Part shown: positions 1-5,844 of the stretch, in pieces
How the letters are laid out: each line of letters starts with the position of its first letter
How positions within the stretch are numbered: position 1 is the first letter of the stretch
Origin: a virus
Taxonomy: Duplodnaviria; Heunggongvirae; Uroviricota; Caudoviricetes
Virus record (IMG/VR): IMGVR_UViG_3300037455_000372
Span: 1 to 11,709 of that record
DNA: 11,709 bases
Reading direction: 5' to 3' (one strand)
The notes under the pieces: model-generated
The model's input: only the letters and a program-made list of their open reading frames with translations
Told to the model about the DNA's origin: nothing
The model's database searches: none
Translations under genes and position numbers: made by a program

Positions 1-781
1 AGTCACGGACTAACCTGTGCGATACTTGATGAAGGAAGTTTTTCCTTCTGTTACCCAGTTTTACATAGGCTGCGGCCAGTTGAATACGAACTTTCTCGTA
101 TCGACTGCCACCTTTCTTCGCCTTTGCTAGTTTCCTCTGCAAATGCCTAATCTTTCGCTCCGACTTCTTCTCGAAATGCGGATTCTTAATATTTTCTCCG
201 TTAGATAGAACAATGGTTGATTTGACACCGAGGTCGATTCCTACGCATTCGCCAGTATGTTCCATCTCTGGTACATCAACATCACAGCAGATTGAGCAAT
301 AGTAGTTGCCTTTTTTGCTCTTCTTGATTGTCACATTGTAGATTTTCTTGATGTTTTCGTGCTCGAATGTCTTGCCGAAACGGCACTTGACCATACCAAC
401 CTTCGGTAGTACAATGGAATTGCCAACAATTAGTTGCTTAATATCCTTATGGCACATGGCATTCCGGTAGCTCTGCTTGTCCTTCTTGGACTTGTATCTC
501 GGATACTTGGATTTGCCGGTAAAGAAGTTCTGGTAAGCTTGATTCATATCCATATAGGCATTAGCCAGTCCTTGTGAGTCAACTTCTTTCAGCCATTCCC
601 ATTCTTCCTTAAACGACTTCAATTTCGGCTGGAAGGACATCTTGGTCTCTTCGTAGATATATGACTTGATTTTAAGGCACTGGTTATACACGAAACGACA
701 GCAACCGAAGGTCTTCGCAAAGAATACCTTCTGCGCCTTGTTCGGATATAGCTTGATTTCTATGCCTTTCTTGACTATCAT
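1..781 (-). CDS. tnpB: RNA-guided endonuclease TnpB (IS200/IS605 family), 3'-truncated by the window edge
   Basis: Manual translation from ATG at 781, 260 codons open to the window edge: MIVKKGIEIKLYPNKAQKVFFAKTFGCCRFVYN...EWEWLKEVDSQGLANAYMDMNQAYQNFF...YPRYKSKK...VGIDLGVK...KNPHFEKKSERKIRHLQRKLAKAKKGGSRYEK...RRKNFLHQVSHRLVRD. Typical TnpB N-terminal HTH, YPRFKSK-like motif and RuvC-I motif with Asp183 intact (nt 233-235). Not in the supplied ORF track. Confidence 0.95.
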   Translation of the reverse strand, partial: MIVKKGIEIKLYPNKAQKVFFAKTFGCCRFVYNQCLKIKSYIYEETKMSFQPKLKSFKEEWEWLKEVDSQGLANAYMDMNQAYQNFFTGKSKYPRYKSKKDKQSYRNAMCHKDIKQLIVGNSIVLPKVGMVKCRFGKTFEHENIKKIYNVTIKKSKKGNYYCSICCDVDVPEMEHTGECVGIDLGVKSTIVLSNGENIKNPHFEKKSERKIRHLQRKLAKAKKGGSRYEKVRIQLAAAYVKLGNRRKNFLHQVSHRLVRD

Positions 782-818
782 ACGAAAAATCCTACCGGAA
801 CTCGCACTTCCGGTAGGA
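782..818 (-). terminator. Terminator-like hairpin plus U-tract immediately upstream of the tnpB ATG
   Basis: Minus strand TCCTACCGGAA-GTGCGAG-TTCCGGTAGGA (perfect 11-bp stem, 790-800/808-818), then TTTTT CGT ATG. Confidence 0.6.
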
Positions 819-883
819 CACAATGTACCTAAGTACATCTTAAACTTTCCCACGACGACAAGTGCGAGTTGCCTTCGTATATC

Positions 884-920
884 AGTTTATATATGTAGCA
901 AATTTTCCGAAAATCGTCAA
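884..920 (-). promoter_or_regulatory. Promoter region of tnpB: weak sigma70-like TTGACG-17-TACATA overlapping an ATATAAACT motif
   Basis: -35 at 915-920, -10 at 892-897 preceded by TTGC (this -10 lacks the conserved last T). ATATAAACT at 892-884. Confidence 0.45.
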
Positions 921-931
921 GCGGCTTTCAT

Positions 932-954
932 CTCACCCACTAAAGATGGGTGAG
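932..954 (-). repeat. IS200/IS605 left-end subterminal hairpin
   Basis: CTCACCCA-(T)C-TTTA-G-TGGGTGAG: 8-bp stem with a bulged T, in the context GAGAAAACTCACCCATCTTTAGTGGGTGAGATGAAAGCCGC, which resembles IS605-group ends. Confidence 0.75.
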
Positions 955-981
955 TTTTCTCGTCGCTATGTTATAAAAAAC

Positions 982-1335
982 CTAGCAGAATATCTTGTAA
1001 CCGATAAAACAGCACAGACCGGCTAACGGAAAGAAGTTGATACCGAATATGTGCGACCAGTAGAAATGCCAGTCATTGTATTCCGAGTGGCAGTCTTTAA
1101 CCTCTGGATATACGATAAAAATAAACCAAAAGAATACGACCGGCACCATACCTAGGATGGCGACGCCGAGACTTCCCATAATCGACAACAGGTCGACCGA
1201 CCGGTTAAACTTATCCGCCCAGAACAGATAGAACATTCCTACGTACGCGGCAAGCATAGGCCAGAAAACCGATATCCACAATAGATTGTCGCGACGGTCT
1301 TCGGCCTTCGATGGGGGTACCATATAGTCTCTCAT
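982..1335 (-). CDS. Hypothetical membrane protein (2-3 hydrophobic segments)
   Basis: 117-aa ORF with hydrophobic stretches LLWISVFWPMLAAYVGMFYLFW, LLSIMGSLGVAILGMVPVVFFWFIFIVY and IFGINFFPLAGLCCFIGY; co-oriented with its neighbours. Confidence 0.7.
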   Translation of the reverse strand: MRDYMVPPSKAEDRRDNLLWISVFWPMLAAYVGMFYLFWADKFNRSVDLLSIMGSLGVAILGMVPVVFFWFIFIVYPEVKDCHSEYNDWHFYWSHIFGINFFPLAGLCCFIGYKIFC

Positions 1336-1358
1336 TTTGTCTCCTGAAAGTAAGTAGG

Positions 1359-1859
1359 TTAAACATTACCAGAAAGCTTGTCTCTAAGCTTCTTGGCCTT
1401 CTTGCATCCACAGTCCGATGCGTAGTAGTACAAGACTTGCTTGAAATCGCGCAATGTAATGAAGTCCCACTCGAACTGCGGCGTGGGCGAGAAATACACC
1501 TTGCGCGTCGTGAGGATAGTCTTGCCGGTCTGCGACTTGATGAACTGGTACCGTGTCGTGTAAATCCTGACAAGGTTGTCCTTGAACACGACCTTGTATG
1601 GGATCTTGAAACTGGTCTCGTTTCCTTCACGAGTGACGAACACTACGCCGTAGGTAGTCTGTGTCAGCGTGGCGGCGATCTTGGACACGAGGTCGTCCAC
1701 TGACTTCTTCGGAAGGTCACTCACCCAATTCCAGATCCATTGGCTGTGATATTCCTTCGACTTATACTTCAGCACAGACTTCGGAAACCTGTACTTGTAC
1801 ACCGGAACCGAGACTGCGGTCACGGTACGGTAGAATTCGAGTTTGCTCTGTTTACGCAT
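1359..1859 (-). CDS. Hypothetical basic protein
   Basis: 166-aa ORF starting 3 nt after the stop of the upstream gene; operon-like packing; no recognised domain. Confidence 0.75.
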   Translation of the reverse strand: MRKQSKLEFYRTVTAVSVPVYKYRFPKSVLKYKSKEYHSQWIWNWVSDLPKKSVDDLVSKIAATLTQTTYGVVFVTREGNETSFKIPYKVVFKDNLVRIYTTRYQFIKSQTGKTILTTRKVYFSPTPQFEWDFITLRDFKQVLYYYASDCGCKKAKKLRDKLSGNV

Positions 1860-1862
1860 AGG

Positions 1863-2057
1863 CTAGTCTTCGAACACGATGGCCATACAGTCTCCGCCGA
1901 GAAGCGGGATATTGACCAGATTGGCTTCGAGCACGCACGGATAGATGCTGTAGCCGCCGCGCTTCTTTTTCTTCGCGACGACGACCTTGGTAATGCCTTC
2001 GATTGCTACGTTCGGAATCTTGTCCTTGATTGCCTTTTTCAGTTCTTCTACGTTCAT
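1863..2057 (-). CDS. Small hypothetical protein
   Basis: 64 aa; clear SD (AAGAGGA-CTAT-ATG) downstream of a TTGCTATATT promoter. Confidence 0.75.
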   Translation of the reverse strand: MNVEELKKAIKDKIPNVAIEGITKVVVAKKKKRGGYSIYPCVLEANLVNIPLLGGDCMAIVFED

Positions 2058-2084
2058 ATAGTCCTCTTTTGTTGATTTGTTTTA

Positions 2085-2094
2085 AATATAGCAA
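2085..2094 (-). promoter_or_regulatory. Extended -10 promoter TTGCTATATT for the leftward operon
   Basis: Exact copy of the recurring motif; predicted +1 at ~2078 gives a ~21-nt leader containing the SD. Confidence 0.65.
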
Positions 2095-2157
2095 CGAATT
2101 CCGAAAATCAACCTCGGTTTTCGAAAAATGACCGCGATTTTCAAAAATCCGACGGAG

Positions 2158-2166
2158 ATATAAACT
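2158..2166 (+). promoter_or_regulatory. ATATAAACT motif, candidate late promoter
   Basis: Intergenic, 26 nt before the ATG at 2193, followed by SD GAGG. One of four exact intergenic copies. Confidence 0.5.
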
Positions 2167-2192
2167 TCGATTACGAAACAACCGAGGAAACT

Positions 2193-3530
2193 ATGTCATA
2201 TAGAGGAATAGAAAACCTGAAATCCGCCGACGAAGTAGTCGAACTCACCCAAGAGCAGCGGAACACGCTCAAGCTCTGCCAAAACGACCCCTACCTGTTC
2301 ATCACTTCATTCGTGCAAACGACTTCCAAGGACGGCACCCACATATTGAAGCCCAGCCCCAGACAGCGAGCCGAGCTGGAAGTTCTGCAGAACCAGCGGT
2401 TCATCAAGTCGGACTGGTACAGACAGTCCGGCTACACGACCATCGTGCTCTCCTATTTCCTCTGGAAGGCGATGTTCACGCCCAATCTGGTACTGACCTA
2501 CTGCGCACCCAAGAAGGCTCAGGCGTACGCCGAGTTCGAGATGCACATCCGACAGGCCATCATCAGGCTCCCCTACGCCATCCAGCCCGGCGTCAAGACT
2601 TGGACGGAACACACAGTCACCTTCAAGAACGGAAGCTCCATCCTAGCGCGTCCAGCAGACCAGAAAAGCATATCCGGGTTCGCGTCCGACTACCTTTTCA
2701 TCGACGAGTTCGGATGGCTGACCGACAAGAAGATGCTGGAACTCACCCAGTCGGAGTTCGTGTGTATAAAGCACAGCGCACGTCGCCACCTCATCCTTGC
2801 CAACTCCCAGATATTCAGCGCACATTCAGAGGCCAACACCCTGTTCTGGAAGAACGGCGACATACCGTTCTACGCCTCCGTCAACACTTGGTGTGCCACA
2901 ACCAAGGAGGAAGAGGAGTTCGAGCAGAATATGAGGAAGTATATGGGCGACAAGGCTTTCGAGGCCGAATACGTCGGCATAAAGAAAGACCCCGAAAAGA
3001 AGAAGCTGTTCTGGGCGGAGAAAATAGACAGCCTTCCGGACCTCGTGAAGAAGAACCACTGGAAGGCCACTTTCCATAGCCAGAAGGCCGACTGGAAGTG
3101 GATCCAGGACAATATGGCAGTGACATCTTTCACCAACAGCCAAGTCGAGTTCAACGGCAACATCTACCCCGGCGTGATACTTGGAGTCTCCGAGTACGAG
3201 GGACACCCGGTTAGCGGAATGGACTTGGGCGGACTGGTCAACGTCGACATCGAGTATTTCGACTGGAAGTACGGCAAGTCGGCCGGAAAGGTGAGGTACA
3301 AGTGCCTAGCACTGCCTTCTATGGTCGAGGCCGCATCGCTGGACTACAAGGAATCCGACCACAAGCCGATGACCAGCACGATAAAGCTGATAGTTGTGGA
3401 ACGGTTAGGATTAACCTACGAGAAGGCCGATGTCCCGGAAACCTCGTACGAGGAAATCTGCAACTACCGTTGCATCAGCAACTACAGGGAGTCGATATCG
3501 TCTTGGCTGGAAACCAACGTCAAGCTATAG
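2193..3530 (+). CDS. Terminase large-subunit (T4 gp17-like) ATPase paralogue, degenerate, fused to a non-nuclease C-terminal domain
   Basis: N-terminal CQNDPYLF, adenine-binding-like PSPRQ, Walker A position RQSGYTT (aa 77-83; canonical RQxGKT), FKNGSSI, Walker B YLFIDE (aa 167-172), and domain end MGDKAFEAEY. No RNase H-like nuclease motifs recognised after aa ~265. Confidence 0.75.
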   Translation: MSYRGIENLKSADEVVELTQEQRNTLKLCQNDPYLFITSFVQTTSKDGTHILKPSPRQRAELEVLQNQRFIKSDWYRQSGYTTIVLSYFLWKAMFTPNLVLTYCAPKKAQAYAEFEMHIRQAIIRLPYAIQPGVKTWTEHTVTFKNGSSILARPADQKSISGFASDYLFIDEFGWLTDKKMLELTQSEFVCIKHSARRHLILANSQIFSAHSEANTLFWKNGDIPFYASVNTWCATTKEEEEFEQNMRKYMGDKAFEAEYVGIKKDPEKKKLFWAEKIDSLPDLVKKNHWKATFHSQKADWKWIQDNMAVTSFTNSQVEFNGNIYPGVILGVSEYEGHPVSGMDLGGLVNVDIEYFDWKYGKSAGKVRYKCLALPSMVEAASLDYKESDHKPMTSTIKLIVVERLGLTYEKADVPETSYEEICNYRCISNYRESISSWLETNVKL

Positions 3531-3533
3531 GAC

Positions 3534-3749
3534 TCACTTGCGGTCGGTGCATTCGTAGTGGAACTTCTGCTGCAGAAGCTTCAATTCGTAGTTCAGGCTG
3601 TCGATCTGGTGCCTCTGTCGGTCGTTAACGACGCGTAGGCACTTGTTGTTGTCTTCAATGATGTCGCCACGGCAACCGTTCTCAATAGTAGGTTCCGTGC
3701 AGCCCACGAACAAGAAGCCCAAAATCGAAATAGCTATCAGCTTCTTCAT
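3534..3749 (-). CDS. Small lipoprotein
   Basis: MKKLIAISILGFLFVG-C: basic N-terminus, hydrophobic core and lipobox Cys. Start placed at 3749, 2 nt after the upstream stop. Confidence 0.75.
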   Translation of the reverse strand: MKKLIAISILGFLFVGCTEPTIENGCRGDIIEDNNKCLRVVNDRQRHQIDSLNYELKLLQQKFHYECTDRK

Positions 3750-3751
3750 AC

Positions 3752-4048
3752 TCACCACCTAGATGCGCAATAATACGCCAAGTTCTTATAGCTCAACTGT
3801 CCGTTCTCAGTGACGACCTCGCGGCCTTTCTCGGTACGCTTGGCCATCTTGCGGCATTCCCAACGGATGGTCTTTCCGAAGATGCTGGTACCGAACCAGC
3901 AGTAACCGTTCGTCTCCCCTGCGGAGAAGTAGTGTACCAGAGTGTCCTTGGTAGCCGGGTTCCATACCGTGAACTGGTGACAGGTACCGGATTCGGCAAG
4001 GCCGTAGCCAGCCAGTAGACAAACGAGAATCAGTAGAGTCTTCATCAT
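3752..4048 (-). CDS. Small secreted protein with signal peptide
   Basis: MMKTLLILVCLLAGYGLA-ES signal peptide; mature part contains several Cys. Confidence 0.75.
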   Translation of the reverse strand: MMKTLLILVCLLAGYGLAESGTCHQFTVWNPATKDTLVHYFSAGETNGYCWFGTSIFGKTIRWECRKMAKRTEKGREVVTENGQLSYKNLAYYCASRW

Positions 4049-4061
4049 ATAAATTTCGCGC

Positions 4062-4349
4062 TTAACCGCGCTTTTCCTTCTTGAGTTCCGTAGAAATTCC
4101 GGTCAGACGCACGACAACGGATTTTTCGCAATTCCAGCACTTCGCTACAATCTTGGAATGGTTATCGAACATATCACGCAATGGATATGCGTGGGTACCT
4201 CGTGCGTTGCAGTGCGGACACTCCCAAGTGATTTCAGCCGTGATAGGAAAGGTCACTTGAGTTGCCTTGACTTTTAGCATTCCTCCGTGATTCAACGGGC
4301 CGGGTTTCCTCTGGATTTTCTCAGTATCTCGCATATTTTCAATAGTCAT
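4062..4349 (-). CDS. Zinc-ribbon protein
   Basis: CPHC...CWNC pairs flanked by beta-strand-like segments. Start moved to ATG 4349, which lies 6 nt after TATAAT. Confidence 0.7.
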   Translation of the reverse strand: MTIENMRDTEKIQRKPGPLNHGGMLKVKATQVTFPITAEITWECPHCNARGTHAYPLRDMFDNHSKIVAKCWNCEKSVVVRLTGISTELKKEKRG

Positions 4350-4355
4350 ACCACA

Positions 4356-4401
4356 ATTATAGCAATCCGATATGGACAGCGCAATAGCCAATTGCTATAT
4401 T
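4356..4401. promoter_or_regulatory. Overlapping divergent sigma70-type promoters
   Basis: Minus: TTGCGC(4379-4384)-17-TATAAT(4356-4361)-6-ATG. Plus: TGGACA(4373-4378)-17-TATATT(4396-4401)-6-ATG. Both -10 boxes are preceded by TTGC. Confidence 0.75.
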
Positions 4402-4407
4402 TTGAAT

Positions 4408-4446
4408 ATGACAGCTGACGAAGCCAGAAGCCAGAGGTTAATATGA
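4408..4446 (+). CDS. 12-aa leaderless upstream ORF (MTADEARSQRLI)
   Basis: ATG lies at the predicted +1; its TGA overlaps the next ATG (ATGA). Confidence 0.45.
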   Translation: MTADEARSQRLI

Positions 4447-4598
4447 GTTCTAGTTACGAACAATACTGGGCAGCGTGCGACCCGTACGACGCGTTCTTGT
4501 CCAAAGAAGAAAAGGAAAAGCACGAGACAGAAGTCTTGGCAAACCATCCGGAATATTTAGAACGGCTGAATAGTTCAGACAACACTAGAGAGGATTAG
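4443..4598 (+). CDS. Small acidic hypothetical protein (51 aa), below the ORF-track cutoff
   Basis: MSSSYEQYWAACDPYDAFLSKEEKEKHETEVLANHPEYLERLNSSDNTRED; SD-like GAGG upstream; fills the gap downstream of a promoter. Confidence 0.65.
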   Translation: MSSSYEQYWAACDPYDAFLSKEEKEKHETEVLANHPEYLERLNSSDNTRED

Positions 4599-4627
4599 CA
4601 ACTATATCGGCTTCTTGCCATTCAATT

Positions 4628-4667
4628 AAAACAATAGGGGCATCCAGCGTCGACACTGGATGCTCCC
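4628..4667 (-). terminator. Intrinsic terminator for a minus-strand transcript
   Basis: GGG-A-GCATCCAGTG-TCGA-CGCTGGATGC-CCC followed by TATTGTTTT on the minus strand. Confidence 0.75.
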
Positions 4668-4881
4668 ATGACATACACATCCTTGGTAATAAGGAGAGCG
4701 GGATGTCGGCCAATAATTTGGTAATTGGCTAACCTCCGTGCATAACATTCACGGTGACGGGCCGACTACCTTTAACGAGCTGTTTCGGCCTCGTCTTAAT
4801 TCCGGACAGATGTCAACCGCTTTTGACATCCTACCAGACTCTTTGCTCGACGGCTTCCAGAGAACCACCAATGGAGCCTGT
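4628..4881 (-). ncRNA. Candidate ~250-nt structured ncRNA, family not recognised
   Basis: Bounded by a promoter (TTGGCA-18-TATATT, +1 at A4881, no ATG there) and a terminator. Only a weak 26-codon internal ORF noted. Contains multiple stems and an H-type pseudoknot. Confidence 0.6.
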
Positions 4882-4959
4882 ACCGAAAATATAGCAAAGT
4901 CTGAGCTATTTTGCCAACTAGTTGCTAAAATTTGCCAACTTGTTGCTATATTTTCGGTA
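4881..4959. promoter_or_regulatory. Divergent promoter pair formed by a perfect 17-bp inverted repeat TTGCTATATTTTCGGTA
   Basis: 4943-4959 (+) and 4897-4881 (-) are identical. The last A is the A of ATG 4959 on + and the first base of the ncRNA candidate on -. Confidence 0.75.
4910..4951 (+). repeat. Tandem 21-bp imperfect direct repeat
   Basis: TTTGCCAACTAGTTGCTAAAA / TTTGCCAACTTGTTGCTATAT (18/21 identical); the first copy contains the palindrome CAACTAGTTG. Confidence 0.7.
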
Positions 4960-5186
4960 TGTACTCATTTATTGTCGAACATCTGGGCGAAGAAGGCACT
5001 TGGTGGCTGGTTCTGTGCATAGTCGAACTGTCGATATTCTGCTTCTTCGAGATGTTCTCGATCGTCTTCGAGACAGCCGACGACGGCGTAACCCCGACAC
5101 CGAAGACGTTCAGGAACTACCAGATATTCGTGATAATCAGCGTGGCCGTATCGACCATATTCTTCATCGCTTGCCATTACTTGTAG
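4959..5186 (+). CDS. Small two-helix membrane protein
   Basis: 75 aa from ATG 4959 (6 nt after TATATT); hydrophobic WWLVLCIVELSIFCFFEMFSIVF and YQIFVIISVAVSTIFFIACHYL. Confidence 0.7.
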   Translation: MYSFIVEHLGEEGTWWLVLCIVELSIFCFFEMFSIVFETADDGVTPTPKTFRNYQIFVIISVAVSTIFFIACHYL

Positions 5187-5772
5187 GAGTCAGCTTCAGC
5201 CGCATACCACGGCTTGCCGAACCGACGAGGTCGGCCTCGAACTCGTGGCCTATGGGGTAGCCGTATGAACTCTTGTCGTTCCATTCGTAATGAACCTTGA
5301 AAAGGAACACGGTGGCGTAGTACGTACCGTCGTCCCTGCGGTGAACGGTCAGACCGAGTCCGCTGTAGTAGCTGTAGTCACGGTTATACCGATCCAGAAT
5401 GCATTGCGTGTCCACGTCTCGCCAATGGTATTTCCCGATGTAGAAGATGCACCTGACGCCTACATTGGCCTCGTTTCCGTACCATTTGCTGGAATCGTTC
5501 AGATCGTCGGTATATCTGAGATTGAGGTAGAAATCGTAGAACTGTACGTTCGGAACCTTCAAGAACACCTTGTCCTTGGTTATCCTGACCCGTAGATCCC
5601 TCAAGGCGTCGATTATACGCTTCTTGCGTGCCGAATCCTTGTTGACTTGCGCCGTACATTCGGCCAGACCGACGACTCCGGCTCCCAGATACGATACGTT
5701 CGGCCAGTACCGGTTCAGCTTGTCTCGGCGGGTCTTCCTTTCAGGCGGTATAAAACGTGGGTCTCTTTTCAT
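5164..5772 (-). CDS. Hypothetical protein (start uncertain: ATG 5772, TTG 5835 or ATA 5838)
   Basis: Long ORF with Tyr/Asp-rich beta-type C-terminal half; no recognised domain. Confidence 0.7.
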   Translation of the reverse strand: MKRDPRFIPPERKTRRDKLNRYWPNVSYLGAGVVGLAECTAQVNKDSARKKRIIDALRDLRVRITKDKVFLKVPNVQFYDFYLNLRYTDDLNDSSKWYGNEANVGVRCIFYIGKYHWRDVDTQCILDRYNRDYSYYSGLGLTVHRRDDGTYYATVFLFKVHYEWNDKSSYGYPIGHEFEADLVGSASRGMRLKLTPTSNGKR

Positions 5773-5844
5773 ATCCGGAAAGATAGGAAATGCCGGTTTG
5801 AAGTGCAAATTACTTGAACGCCTTGTAGTTACCAATATATGGAT

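Larger units (their letters stand above)
1..972 (-). mobile_element. IS200/IS605-family element of the tnpB-only (IS1341-like) type, left part
   Basis: tnpB plus a subterminal hairpin at 932-954. No tnpA ORF fits in the 190 nt between tnpB and the hairpin. Inferred left boundary at ~972, just after TTTAT (minus strand, 977-973). Confidence 0.7.

Noticed and set aside
666-953. 95-aa plus-strand ORF as a possible tnpA or IS accessory gene
   Set aside because: No HUH/Y1 motif; it is antisense to the tnpB 5' end and runs through the leader and left-end hairpin.
1211-2181. Overlapping alternative-frame ORFs (1211-1630, 1311-1703, 1661-1861, 1740-2075, 1852-2181)
   Set aside because: Shadows of the tightly packed minus-strand operon; no RBS or promoter support, and low-complexity Arg/Ser-rich translations.
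2307-3628. Nested ORFs within the terminase-like gene
   Set aside because: Expected shadows of a GC-rich coding sequence; no recognisable motifs.
3534-3749. Lipoprotein as an o-spanin
   Set aside because: Not Pro-rich, and no i-spanin, holin or endolysin adjacent.
4845-4870. CCACCA at 4865-4870 (+) as a tRNA or tmRNA 3' end
   Set aside because: No T-arm (GTTCRA) or acceptor stem upstream, and the promoter and terminator point to the opposite strand.
4738-5260. Track ORFs 4738-5022, 4922-5260 and 4965-5177 as genes covering the ncRNA region
   Set aside because: They cross the divergent promoter pair or overlap the better-supported 4959-5186 gene; no start signals.
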